Virus record (IMG/VR): IMGVR_UViG_3300035498_000844 | Span: 9,842-73,841 of that record | Length of the DNA stretch: 64,000 nucleotides | DNA from: a virus | Lineage: Duplodnaviria > Caudoviricetes | Strand: one strand, 5' to 3' | In this document: positions 25,800 to 35,745 of the stretch, piece by piece | How positions within the stretch are numbered: the stretch's first letter is position 1 | How the letters are laid out: every line of letters begins with the position of its first letter | Notes under the pieces: generated by a model | The model's database searches: none | Seen by the model: the letters and a program-made list of their open reading frames with translations, nothing else | Told to the model about the DNA's origin: nothing | Position numbers and translations under genes: made by a program

Positions 25800-27200
25800 A
25801 TGCACCAGTCAATTTCGACTCTTGATTCTCCAGAATTTATTAATTTACAACCTTTAGATATTAATCCCTTAATGTCTAGTTGTGAAATTAAAGTTTTATA
25901 TCTTGGAGAAAATCGTAACCATAGTTACATTTCAAAAGAAGTAGCTACTGATATGGCAAAATCGCTTAGAGGTGCGCCTATTGTTGGTTATTATAAAGAA
26001 GAGAAACAAGATTTTACAGATCATGGAGAAAAAATCATTTTTGATGATGAAGGTATCAAATTTGAATGTATGACAATTCCTTATGGTTTTGTAGCTCCAG
26101 ATGCGAAAGTTTGGTTTCAAAAATTTGAAGATAAAGATGATTTTGGAAATTCTGTCGTAAGAGAATATTTAATGACTACGGGTTATCTTTGGACAGGTCA
26201 GTTTGAAGAATGTAAATCTGCTGTTGAGGGCGAAGGAAAACCGCAGTCAATGGAATTAGATGATGAAACAATTCAGGGGCAATGGTCAAAAAATTATAAG
26301 ACAGGTATGGATTTTTTCATTATAAATGACGCGATATTTTCAAAATTATGTATTTTAGGCGAAGATGTTGAGCCTTGTTTTGAAGGTTCTGCAGTTACCG
26401 CACCAAAAGTTAGTTCAACATTTACTAAGGTAGATGATAACTTTAAGAAAACTTTATATACTATGATGCAAGAGTTACGTTTTGCGTTAGAAGGAGGACA
26501 AAGCATGGAAGAAAAGAATGTTGTTGATAACACTCCTGTAACTGAAGAAAATTTAACTGTTGAGGACAAATTTAATTTAGAGGATACAGTGAAAAATCAA
26601 ATTGATACAGAAGGAACAACTTCTACTACTGAATATACAGTTGAAACTCCTGCTGAAGCAGAAGTTGTAGAGGCTGAGACTGAATTCGTTAAAAAAGACG
26701 AAAAAAAGGATGAAGAATCTGATGATAAAGAAGATTCTAGTTCCGAAGAAGATTCAGAAGAAGATAAGAAAAAGAAAAAAGAAGAATACAGTTGCGGCGA
26801 AAGTGATGATAAAGATAAAAAGAAATATGAATTACTTCAAGCTGAATATGATGACTTAAATACAAAATATACCGCAATGTTAGAAGATTATCAAGTTTTA
26901 AAGAAATTTAAAGCTGAAATCGAAGACAAAGAAAAAGATGCTTTAATTGGTCAGTTTTATATGTTAGATGATGAAGATAAGAAAGATGTTGTAGCTAATA
27001 AATCTAAATATTCTTTAGATGATATCGAAGCTAAACTTTCAATTATTTATACAAAGAAAAAACTCGCCGCAGAGCAGGCTCAAACAAAAGTATCTTCTGA
27101 GAATGATAATATTACTACTTATACTTTAACTGATGAAACAAGCGGACTTCCAGACTGGGTTAAAGCAGTTCGTGAAGTTGAAGAAAACTCAAAATTTTAA
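25800..27200 (+). CDS. prohead protease/scaffold protein
   Basis: Protease-like N-domain (NRNHSYIS, APIVG, LCILGEDVEPCF) plus acidic coiled-coil scaffold C-terminus. Confidence 0.75.
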   Translation: MHQSISTLDSPEFINLQPLDINPLMSSCEIKVLYLGENRNHSYISKEVATDMAKSLRGAPIVGYYKEEKQDFTDHGEKIIFDDEGIKFECMTIPYGFVAPDAKVWFQKFEDKDDFGNSVVREYLMTTGYLWTGQFEECKSAVEGEGKPQSMELDDETIQGQWSKNYKTGMDFFIINDAIFSKLCILGEDVEPCFEGSAVTAPKVSSTFTKVDDNFKKTLYTMMQELRFALEGGQSMEEKNVVDNTPVTEENLTVEDKFNLEDTVKNQIDTEGTTSTTEYTVETPAEAEVVEAETEFVKKDEKKDEESDDKEDSSSEEDSEEDKKKKKEEYSCGESDDKDKKKYELLQAEYDDLNTKYTAMLEDYQVLKKFKAEIEDKEKDALIGQFYMLDDEDKKDVVANKSKYSLDDIEAKLSIIYTKKKLAAEQAQTKVSSENDNITTYTLTDETSGLPDWVKAVREVEENSKF

Positions 27201-27225
27201 TAAATATACAGGAGGAATATGAAAT

Positions 27226-27756
27226 ATGGCTACAATTAGTAGAAAAGGTTTCGCGCAGGTTGAACCTAACCATCTTTCAGGCATCGTAACAGGACAGATT
27301 TTAGCACAGTTACCAGTTGATACCACCACAATGGGTACTATTATTGAAAATGGTAGATTTGCTAAATATGACTATGTTACTGGTAAAGTAAATCTTACTG
27401 GCGATGGCGAATGGATGCTTATTTATAATGAAGAAAAACTTTATGATGAGAGAAAACAATCTCATAAAGATTTTGCTATGATTGCTACTGATTATACAGA
27501 TGGAGAGATTGTTCCTAGATTAATCTCTACTGTATTAGGTGATATTTATACAACGAATGCTTTTGGCGGAGCTGCAAAGCATGATATGGATGAAGTTGAA
27601 GGAATTGAGGCTAGTGAAGGAACTAAACTTTATGTTGATCCAGCTACTGGTTATCTAGCTCTTTCTGGAGATGAAAAAGGTCCAGTATTTCAGGTAGTTA
27701 AGGTTTATACAATGGCTGACGGTCAACCGGGCGTTAAGCTTATGAGAATTGCGTAA
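27226..27756 (+). CDS. capsid decoration/cement protein
   Basis: 176-aa beta-rich ORF between scaffold and MCP. Confidence 0.6.
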   Translation: MATISRKGFAQVEPNHLSGIVTGQILAQLPVDTTTMGTIIENGRFAKYDYVTGKVNLTGDGEWMLIYNEEKLYDERKQSHKDFAMIATDYTDGEIVPRLISTVLGDIYTTNAFGGAAKHDMDEVEGIEASEGTKLYVDPATGYLALSGDEKGPVFQVVKVYTMADGQPGVKLMRIA

Positions 27757-27771
27757 TAGGAGGAAATAGAA

Positions 27772-28809
27772 ATGGCATTAGATAGAAATAGTTTAATCGA
27801 ATTGGCTAGAGCCAATGCTAAAGCTTCTTTAAATCCTTCAGCTACTTATTCTTTTGGAGATCAGAAGCTTTCTGCGGAAGCACTTAATAAAACATTTATT
27901 AATGAATTAAATGAGCTTGGAAAAACTCCACAGCTTTTCCGCGAAAACCAAAATTTAATTTATACTTTACTTGAAGTTGGTCTTACTGAAGTACTTCCAG
28001 TTAAAGTTATGCAGAGCTATGGTCAGTTTGCTGATGTTAAGACTTATGCTCAGGGTACAAGACCAGTATTTAAAGTAAATATTAGCGAAGCTTCTAAGAA
28101 ACGTGCTAAACAGTTTGTTACTAAAGTAGGTTTAGCTGGTAGATATGAAACTTTCAAATTAGACGGTTATTCACTCGAAGTTCCTACTAGCGCATACGGC
28201 GGAGCTGCTAGAGTTGAGTGGGAAGAAATGCTTGATAATAGATTCACACTTAACGATTATTATAATTTAGTTCTTGAAGGTTTAGATGAATCTGTATATC
28301 GCGAGATTGCAAAATCTTTAGAGGCTACTGTAGATACTATTAAACCTGTAAACAAGACTACTCAAGGCGCATTTAATCAGCATGAGATGGATAGATTGCT
28401 TGCTACTGCAGATGCTTATGGCAAATCTACTATTTATTGTACTTTTGAATTTGCTGCTACTATGATTCCAGATGAAAAATGGACATCTGATGCAATGAAA
28501 GATCAGATTTGGAATAATGGTTATTTTACTTCTTATAAAGGACATAATGTAATTATCTTACCTCAATCTTTTGAAGATGAAACAAATGAAAAGAAAGTAA
28601 TTGATCCTTCGATTGCTTATATTATTCCAACTGGTGCAGAAAAGCCTGTAAAAGTTGCTTTTGAGGGTCAAGCCCAGGTTAAATCTTTTGAGAATAGAGA
28701 TTGGTCTACTGAGATTCAGACTTATCAGAAACTTGGTGTAGCTACTTATCTTGTAAATCCAGGTATTTGTGTATACAAGAACACCTCTTTAACAAAAGAT
28801 AATAAGTAA
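27772..28809 (+). CDS. major capsid protein
   Basis: 345 aa, strong RBS, biased codon use, position, followed by a terminator. Confidence 0.85.
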   Translation: MALDRNSLIELARANAKASLNPSATYSFGDQKLSAEALNKTFINELNELGKTPQLFRENQNLIYTLLEVGLTEVLPVKVMQSYGQFADVKTYAQGTRPVFKVNISEASKKRAKQFVTKVGLAGRYETFKLDGYSLEVPTSAYGGAARVEWEEMLDNRFTLNDYYNLVLEGLDESVYREIAKSLEATVDTIKPVNKTTQGAFNQHEMDRLLATADAYGKSTIYCTFEFAATMIPDEKWTSDAMKDQIWNNGYFTSYKGHNVIILPQSFEDETNEKKVIDPSIAYIIPTGAEKPVKVAFEGQAQVKSFENRDWSTEIQTYQKLGVATYLVNPGICVYKNTSLTKDNK

Positions 28810-28823
28810 CAAATGATATTTTT

Positions 28824-28866
28824 GGGAGAATTGAATAATGTAAATTATTAATTCTCCCATTTTTTT
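28824..28866 (+). terminator. intrinsic terminator
   Basis: GGGAGAATT/AATTCTCCC plus T-tract. Confidence 0.75.
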
Positions 28867-28885
28867 AGAGATAAAAGGAGAATAA

Positions 28886-29476
28886 TTGAATATGGAAAAA
28901 AATACATTAATTAAAGTTGCAAATAGAGATAGCGGAAGAGTTGGCTATGAAGTTCCGGAAATGGGAGTTAATCGTCAGTTCGCCTCAAGAGAGACAAAAG
29001 AGATTCCGTTTGCAGAATTGCAAAGTTTATATTTCTTACCTGGCGGAGAAGATTTATTAAAAAATTACTTAGTAATTAAAAGTCCAGAAGCTTTAAAAGA
29101 ACTTGGTATTGATGTGGAGCCAGAATATTTTTATTCAGAAGAAGATATTAAAAAATTATTAACTCAAGGAAGTTTAGATGAATTTCTTGATTGCTTAGAT
29201 TTTGCTCCAGATGGAGTATTAAATATGGTTAAAGATTTATCAGTATCCTTGCCATTAGATAATATGTCTAAAAGAAATGCAATTCTTGAAAAACTTAATT
29301 TTAATGTTACGAGAGCAATTGAAATTCAAAATACTAAATTTGACAGTGGCGATGAAGACACCTCTAATCAAAAGAAAAAGGTTGAAAGAAGGGTTTCAAC
29401 CCCAACAGCCGCCACAAGTACGGGACGCCGCACAACTATACCAAAATATGAAGTTGTGACTTCAGAATCAAAATAA
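28886..29476 (+). CDS. hypothetical head-associated protein
   Basis: Position after MCP. Confidence 0.6.
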   Translation: MNMEKNTLIKVANRDSGRVGYEVPEMGVNRQFASRETKEIPFAELQSLYFLPGGEDLLKNYLVIKSPEALKELGIDVEPEYFYSEEDIKKLLTQGSLDEFLDCLDFAPDGVLNMVKDLSVSLPLDNMSKRNAILEKLNFNVTRAIEIQNTKFDSGDEDTSNQKKKVERRVSTPTAATSTGRRTTIPKYEVVTSESK

Positions 29477-29501
29477 TAAATAGATGAAAGGGTGAATTTT
29501 A

Positions 29502-30023
29502 ATGCAAACATTATTTAGTAAAATTTATGACTCCTTTCTTTCTAAAACAACAGATGATATGTATATGGAATTAACTAGGGGAGATACTGAAAAATTATTA
29601 AAAGAATTATTATTAAATTCATTGCATTATTTTGAGTTCCCTAGAAAAGATATTTATGATTATAATGAAGATTTAGAAGAATATAATATAGAACTCTCTA
29701 ATGAAGAGATTAATATTATTTCAACATATATGGTTGTAGAATGGATAGGTCAGCAATTGGCTAGTGTTGAAAATACTAGAATGAAATATAGCGGATCTGA
29801 TTTTAAATTTACATCTCAAGCAAATCATATGCAAAAACTTTTATCTTTGAAAAAAGATTATGAAAGATTAGGTTTTCATTTACAAAGATTGTATAAAAGA
29901 AGAAAAGCAGACGAAGATGGAGTTATGCGTTCTACTTTTGGAAGTATAATGGAACCTATTAAAAAATCTAGTAGTAAAATTTCTTATATTAATATAGCTA
30001 CTGATGAAAACGGAGGTAGCTAA
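29502..30023 (+). CDS. putative head-tail adaptor
   Basis: Helical 173 aa in the neck-gene position. Confidence 0.5.
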   Translation: MQTLFSKIYDSFLSKTTDDMYMELTRGDTEKLLKELLLNSLHYFEFPRKDIYDYNEDLEEYNIELSNEEINIISTYMVVEWIGQQLASVENTRMKYSGSDFKFTSQANHMQKLLSLKKDYERLGFHLQRLYKRRKADEDGVMRSTFGSIMEPIKKSSSKISYINIATDENGGS

Positions 30024-30342
30024 TATGATAATAAAGTATAATGCTGAAATTAATGATGCGGCAATTAATAATAATTTAAAAAGACTCACTAATCAGATTT
30101 ATAAACTTTTACCAAGTAGAGAAGAAAATATTGATTGGGAAAAACCTTTAGAAACTATTATTGAAGAGTTTGCAGGAATGAATAGATTGCTTATCGACCA
30201 GCATGATTCATTATTTTCACTTTTATGTAAATTAGAAGGGCTATTTACATTAACTAAAGAAGATGATTTTTTTCTTTTTAGAAGAACTATCTTTGAATGT
30301 CTTGGTCTGTGTAATAGTTTGAAACAAAAATGCCAGGATTAG
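30004..30342 (+). CDS. hypothetical protein (neck module)
   Basis: Overlapping neighbours in the operon. Confidence 0.6.
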   Translation: MKTEVANMIIKYNAEINDAAINNNLKRLTNQIYKLLPSREENIDWEKPLETIIEEFAGMNRLLIDQHDSLFSLLCKLEGLFTLTKEDDFFLFRRTIFECLGLCNSLKQKCQD

Positions 30343-31298
30343 AAAATTTAAAAACCAGATTAAGCTATCAAGGCGGAAACGCGGAAGGTCGATTCCAGAA
30401 AGATAAGTTACAATCTCTGCGGAAGGCGTTATTATACTCTTATCAGGCGGAAACCGCAATATTTCCAGATGGCAGAAAATTTAGATGTTTAATTAATAGC
30501 GATAAACTAAATACTGACTATGATAATAAAATTTTATCAATTCCTTATGAAGATATAGACTTAAATAATGAAAAGAATGAAATGACTGCAGAAGGAATTA
30601 CACCAACTGATATAAAAGTTGGAGATGTTTTTGAATGGGAAAGAACTGGAACTTTTTGGATAATCTATTTACAATATTTAGAAGAAGATTCTTACTTTAG
30701 AGCTGAAATTAGACGATGCAAAGGCGAAATAGAAGTAAATGGAAAAACTTATAAGGTTTATTTAAGAGGTCCCGCAGAAACTGAGATTCAATGGAATCAA
30801 AAACATAATACCTCTTGGAATGATCTTAATTATTCATTAGTTGCTTTTGTGCCTAAAAATGAAGATACAATAGATTATTTTCATAGATTTACAAAGATAA
30901 AAATCGCTGAAGATGAAACTGGAAAAGTTAATACTTGGGAAGTTGCTACTGTAAATCCATATTATGGAGATGGAATTATAAAAATTTGTTTGAATGAATC
31001 TTATAATAATGAGATGGCAGATGTTATTAAACAAGAGTCGACAGTATCAAATATAGAGAATAATTCAGACATTGAGGGTAAAAAAGAAGTTTATCCATAT
31101 GATATTGTGTCTTATGAAATAAAAAATAACAGTGGCGGCAATTGGTATATTAGTGATAATAAAAAAGCTAATATTATAAAAAAAGACGACACATCTGTTA
31201 CTATTGAAATTACCACTGGAAGAAGTGGCAATTTTGATTTAATTTATAGAAAAGAAAATAAGGAAATTATATTTCCAATTATTATAAAATCCTTATAG
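30330..31298 (+). CDS. putative head-closure/neck protein with C-terminal Ig-like domain
   Basis: Beta-rich (IKVGDVFEW); position. Confidence 0.5.
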   Translation: MPGLENLKTRLSYQGGNAEGRFQKDKLQSLRKALLYSYQAETAIFPDGRKFRCLINSDKLNTDYDNKILSIPYEDIDLNNEKNEMTAEGITPTDIKVGDVFEWERTGTFWIIYLQYLEEDSYFRAEIRRCKGEIEVNGKTYKVYLRGPAETEIQWNQKHNTSWNDLNYSLVAFVPKNEDTIDYFHRFTKIKIAEDETGKVNTWEVATVNPYYGDGIIKICLNESYNNEMADVIKQESTVSNIENNSDIEGKKEVYPYDIVSYEIKNNSGGNWYISDNKKANIIKKDDTSVTIEITTGRSGNFDLIYRKENKEIIFPIIIKSL

Positions 31299-31316
31299 AG
31301 ATAAAAGGAGAAAAAA

Positions 31317-31910
31317 GTGAATAGAGATTTAGTAATGATAGATAAGTTAAATTCATCTTTCTTATCTTGTGAAAAAGATATTGAAACTATTTTAAAAAAG
31401 CTTTTTGTTGATAGTAAACAATATAGTAAAGAATTAAAACGATTATTAGTAATAAATACTAAAGATTGTTTAGATAATAAAAGTAATCAAGCTTATATTG
31501 ATAAAATTGAATCAATGTCTTTAGGAAAATTGCGAGAAGATGGATATATTAAATTAGAACCAAAGATTAGAATGCCTGAACATGAAGAGGTAAAATCTTA
31601 TATAATTATTAGTTTTGATAATTTTACTCCTAACGCAAAAAATCCTCAATTCCGCGATTGTACGGTATCTTTTGATGTAATTTGTCATACAGACTGTTGG
31701 GATATTGGAAATTATAAATTAAGACCTTTAAAAATTTGCGGTTATATTGATGGAATTTTAAATAATACTAAATTATCTGGAATAGGAACTTTTCAACTCG
31801 CGGGTTGTAATGAACTTATTTTAAATGAAAGTTTATCTGGCTATTGTTTAACTTATAAGGCAATTCATGGTGGAGAAGATATTGAGACAAGAGATATAAA
31901 TAATGATTAA
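31317..31910 (+). CDS. putative tail terminator/completion protein
   Basis: ISFDNF...VSFDVICH, ICGYIDGILN; position before the tail tube. Confidence 0.5.
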   Translation: MNRDLVMIDKLNSSFLSCEKDIETILKKLFVDSKQYSKELKRLLVINTKDCLDNKSNQAYIDKIESMSLGKLREDGYIKLEPKIRMPEHEEVKSYIIISFDNFTPNAKNPQFRDCTVSFDVICHTDCWDIGNYKLRPLKICGYIDGILNNTKLSGIGTFQLAGCNELILNESLSGYCLTYKAIHGGEDIETRDINND

Positions 31911-32643
31911 TGATTTACTTCTATTGTCTGGGAATGATATTCCATTCCAAGAAGCTCAAGTTAATATTCATCAGCCAACCATAAAAGAAATTGCTTATAT
32001 AGGTGAAGAGGCGTTTTTTATAGGATGCGAATTATTAAATTTTTCTAAAGAAGTTTTGAGTACAGAGGACAAAATTAATTTAGAAGATAAAACTAATTTT
32101 GAAGTATTTATGTCAATAATGAAAGACAAAAAAACATTAGCCCTTCAAAGGAATAATACATGCGCAAAGATGGTTTTAACTATTATTTTTCCTAATTATA
32201 ATATAATGGTTGAAGAAAATCAAATATCATTAAAAAATGAAAATGAAGCGCATTTTATTAATAATAATAATTTTGAAAATTTTAAAGAAATTTTGGTTGC
32301 TATGTTTTGTTTAAAACCAAAAAAGAATGATTCTCAAAGTTTTAATCCTGTTGGAGAACAAGCTAAAAAGATTGCTGAAAAGTTGAATAAAGGTAGAGCG
32401 AAGGCCGCAGAGGCTAAAGGAGAGAAACAAAAAATTTCCATACTTGGTAGATATCTTTCAATTTTGGCGGTTGGACAATCTAAAAATTATAATGATTTAT
32501 TACAATATACTGTCTATCAATTATTTGATGAATTTGAACGCTTTGAGTTAAAAGAATCTTATGATATTTATCTTAAAGCAAAATTAGCGGGAGCTAAGGA
32601 TTTAGAAGAAGTGGATAATTGGATGAAAGATATTCATTCATAA
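31903..32643 (+). CDS. tail-assembly-associated protein
   Basis: C-terminal YTVYQLFDEFERF resembles tail chaperone segments. Confidence 0.45.
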   Translation: MINDLLLLSGNDIPFQEAQVNIHQPTIKEIAYIGEEAFFIGCELLNFSKEVLSTEDKINLEDKTNFEVFMSIMKDKKTLALQRNNTCAKMVLTIIFPNYNIMVEENQISLKNENEAHFINNNNFENFKEILVAMFCLKPKKNDSQSFNPVGEQAKKIAEKLNKGRAKAAEAKGEKQKISILGRYLSILAVGQSKNYNDLLQYTVYQLFDEFERFELKESYDIYLKAKLAGAKDLEEVDNWMKDIHS

Positions 32644-32681
32644 TCAAAAATAACTTAAAAATTTTTAAGGAGGATATATAG

Positions 32682-33620
32682 ATGAAGTTTGGTGTACGCG
32701 AGATTTGTAATGTCGTATTTAAACCGAAATCAGATGTTGTAATTGGAAAAAAGACCTTTAAAAAAGGTCAGCCAGTTCTTTATATTGATTCTGCAAAAAC
32801 TTCAACAGTAGAAGGTGCAGCAACAACTGTATATGCTAATGGTGGTAGAGGTAATACTAGATTAATTGCTTGGGAAGGTGAAAAAACTTTAACTTTCACT
32901 GTTGAAGACGCTTTACTTTCTCCTATTGGTTTCTCTATTTTATCTGGCGCAGGATTATTTGGAACAGGAAAGACAGATAACAAAGTACATGTTCATACTA
33001 CTTCAATGACAACTATTAGTAATACTGCTACTGGAGATGCAACTCCTGTTCTTGTAGTAGATTTAACAGATGCTTTAGGTGAGGATGAAGAAATTTGCGG
33101 TCCTGACTATACTTTTGTTGCTCTTGCAGAAGATGATGGTGATTTAACTGGTGATCTTGTTGAGATTAAGAGTATCGAAGGTAAGGTAATTACTTTGACA
33201 TCAACTGAAAAAGATCTTGTTGGCAAGATGGTATTTGTTGATTACTATGTAGTAAAAGATGAAGCTAAAGTTGATGAAATGCAGATTGATGCAGAGCATT
33301 TTGCTGGTTACTATTATGTTGAAGCAGATACTCTGTTCAGACGTCAGAAAGATGGTGTAGATTTACCTGCAAACTTAACATTCCCTAATGTTAAAATTCA
33401 GTCTAATTTCACATTTACTATGGCTTCTACTGGTGATCCATCTACATTTACATTTACCATGGATGCATTCCCAGGATATACTTACTTTGATAAGACAAAG
33501 AAAGTTTTATGTGTAATGCAAGTAATTGATCCAGATGAAGATGAAGATTTAAAAGCTGGAACTACAGTAATGGATAGTCATACTGCTCATGCGGCTGCCG
33601 CAGTAGTAGCAGAGGGCTAA
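32682..33620 (+). CDS. major tail tube protein
   Basis: Beta-rich (DSAKTSTVE, LTFTVEDAL, FTFTMASTGDPSTFTFTMDA); followed by a terminator. Confidence 0.8.
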   Translation: MKFGVREICNVVFKPKSDVVIGKKTFKKGQPVLYIDSAKTSTVEGAATTVYANGGRGNTRLIAWEGEKTLTFTVEDALLSPIGFSILSGAGLFGTGKTDNKVHVHTTSMTTISNTATGDATPVLVVDLTDALGEDEEICGPDYTFVALAEDDGDLTGDLVEIKSIEGKVITLTSTEKDLVGKMVFVDYYVVKDEAKVDEMQIDAEHFAGYYYVEADTLFRRQKDGVDLPANLTFPNVKIQSNFTFTMASTGDPSTFTFTMDAFPGYTYFDKTKKVLCVMQVIDPDEDEDLKAGTTVMDSHTAHAAAAVVAEG

Positions 33621-33628
33621 TGATTTAA

Positions 33629-33655
33629 GGAGGCGGGAAACCGCCTCCATTTTTT
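33629..33655 (+). terminator. intrinsic terminator
   Basis: GGAGGCGG-GAAA-CCGCCTCC plus T-tract. Confidence 0.85.
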
Positions 33656-33665
33656 GTTTATGTAG

Positions 33666-35006
33666 GTGATAGATATGGATGCATGGGAAAGTTATATATA
33701 TTATAAAAATGCAGATTGGCAATCTAATAGAGCATTTTTATATAATCAATTAGGATCTTTAGATATTGTTCAAGCTTATAATGATAATGCTAAAAAACTT
33801 GAAGCAACTTTAGCAAATGGACAAAATATTCCAGAAGATTTCGTAAAAAATGTGCAATCTGTGTTAGAAGTTAGATCTTCTAAAAAAGATTTAGAAACGT
33901 CATCTGATGTTGAAAAAATATTTAATGAATTAGTTAATTTTGTAAAGACTGATTTGAATAAAACTATATTATATGGAAATTTAACTGTTGGTAGAGTCGG
34001 TGGTGGATATGACACCTCTATTATTAAAGATATGCAAAGTTTAAATAAAGTTATTGATAGCTTTAAAAAAATTAAAAATACTTTTGATAATTTTGATTCT
34101 AGTTTTCAAGAAAATGGATATAGTGATGTTAGCATAGTCTCCGCAGAAGGAATGAATAAAACTAAAATTGCTTACGATCAATTAGATAATTTTATTAAAA
34201 ATTATGGTGGAATATCTAACATTGACGTAGGATGGGATAAAATTCAAAAAGATATAAAAACAGTTTGCGGTTCTTTAGTTGGAGACTTTAAAGGCGGCCT
34301 TCTTGAATTTGGAGACTATATTCATTCTAAAGCTTTAATAGGAATTGAACAAGCTGTTGGAGATGCAATAATAAAAATAAATTCAGCTTCTTTAAGTGGA
34401 ACTAAAGCTACTTTAATATTAGATAAAGAATTTGCAGATGCTAAACTTGGTGGACAACGAAAATTTGTTAATAAAAGTGATAATGTTGTTAACTTAACTT
34501 ATACAGAAAATGATATGTCAATAACTGTAGATTTAGGTATTTCAGATAAATCTTATATTAAATCAAGAGGCAGAGGCAAAACTCTTGCAGATCAAATATC
34601 TTGGCAGCCTTTAATGACTGAAGGAGGATTAACAAATAGTAGTTTTGAATATTATTATGCTAATGCATATTTACATGGTATATCAGAAAAAGAACAAAAT
34701 GATTTAGATAGATATTTAGCTGCAAAAGCCTCTGCATTTATTATCTCTGGAATTTCTGGAGGAGATCAAACTCAAGCATATTTTATTCGTTATGCAGATA
34801 CTCTAGTGTATGTACCAACATTTTTAAGACAGATAGCAACTAACATAAAAGGTTCTTTGATTGTTAAACCTAATAAGGCATTAAAAGAAAAAGATAATGT
34901 TTTTATTCAAACTAAAGCTTCAGAAGTAGAAGATGCTTACATTAGAACAAAAAATACATTATCTAAATTACGTCAAAATGTTAAATTTACAGGGGCAAGA
35001 AAATAA
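33666..35006 (+). CDS. hypothetical 446-aa protein in the tail module
   Basis: Long intact ORF; no motif recognised. Confidence 0.7.
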   Translation: MIDMDAWESYIYYKNADWQSNRAFLYNQLGSLDIVQAYNDNAKKLEATLANGQNIPEDFVKNVQSVLEVRSSKKDLETSSDVEKIFNELVNFVKTDLNKTILYGNLTVGRVGGGYDTSIIKDMQSLNKVIDSFKKIKNTFDNFDSSFQENGYSDVSIVSAEGMNKTKIAYDQLDNFIKNYGGISNIDVGWDKIQKDIKTVCGSLVGDFKGGLLEFGDYIHSKALIGIEQAVGDAIIKINSASLSGTKATLILDKEFADAKLGGQRKFVNKSDNVVNLTYTENDMSITVDLGISDKSYIKSRGRGKTLADQISWQPLMTEGGLTNSSFEYYYANAYLHGISEKEQNDLDRYLAAKASAFIISGISGGDQTQAYFIRYADTLVYVPTFLRQIATNIKGSLIVKPNKALKEKDNVFIQTKASEVEDAYIRTKNTLSKLRQNVKFTGARK

Positions 35007-35011
35007 AAAAC

Positions 35012-35040
35012 TTGACAAAAGAAAAATTTTATAGTATAAT
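35012..35040 (+). promoter_or_regulatory. sigmaA-type promoter
   Basis: TTGACA-17-TATAAT. Confidence 0.8.
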
Positions 35041-35072
35041 TATAATAGAAATGAGATAAAAGGAGAATAAAA

Positions 35073-35648
35073 ATGGCAAATAAAGTGAGCTATGCAAATC
35101 TAAAATTAAAAACAGATACAAGTGTTTCTACTTTTGATTTTAATGGACAGACTATTGAAGTATTAAATTATTTACCTATTGAAGATAAATATGATCTTAT
35201 AATGATTACATTACAAAAAGCATATGAAAATGGAGTCTATAACTCTTTAAAATTAGATATGTTTTTTAATCTTCATCTAGTATATATGTATACTAATTTA
35301 TCTTTTACAGATAAACAGAAAGAAAATGAAAGTAAATTATATGATACTTTAAAGAGTAATGGATTTATTGATAAAATGTTAGATGTTTTAAATGAAGATG
35401 AATATAACGATCTTATTGAATTTATGGAAGATATTATTGCAGATACTTTAAATTATAAGAACACTGCGGCTGCTGTTATTCAGAGTTTAATTAATGATCT
35501 TCCTGGAAATGCAAAAGCAGCAATGGAGATTGTAGATTCATTTGATCCAGAAAAATATCAAGCGGTTATTGATTTTGCAACTGCGGCAAATGGTGGACGC
35601 CCAATTAATGATATTGGAAAAGTTATTCCTTTATCTGATAAAAAGTAA
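35073..35648 (+). CDS. putative tail assembly chaperone
   Basis: Immediately precedes the tape measure gene. Confidence 0.5.
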   Translation: MANKVSYANLKLKTDTSVSTFDFNGQTIEVLNYLPIEDKYDLIMITLQKAYENGVYNSLKLDMFFNLHLVYMYTNLSFTDKQKENESKLYDTLKSNGFIDKMLDVLNEDEYNDLIEFMEDIIADTLNYKNTAAAVIQSLINDLPGNAKAAMEIVDSFDPEKYQAVIDFATAANGGRPINDIGKVIPLSDKK

Positions 35649-35745
35649 TTAGGTCAAAATAGATTAAAAGTCAAGCCTTTACTATCATTATATGATAGTA
35701 AAGGCAATTTTTTTATATTGTTTTCAGAGGAGGCAAAAGGATTAT

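Noticed and set aside
35600-35745. Programmed -1 frameshift of the tail chaperone (G/GT type)
   Set aside because: GATAAAAAG is not a full slippery heptamer and there is no second ORF before the tape measure gene
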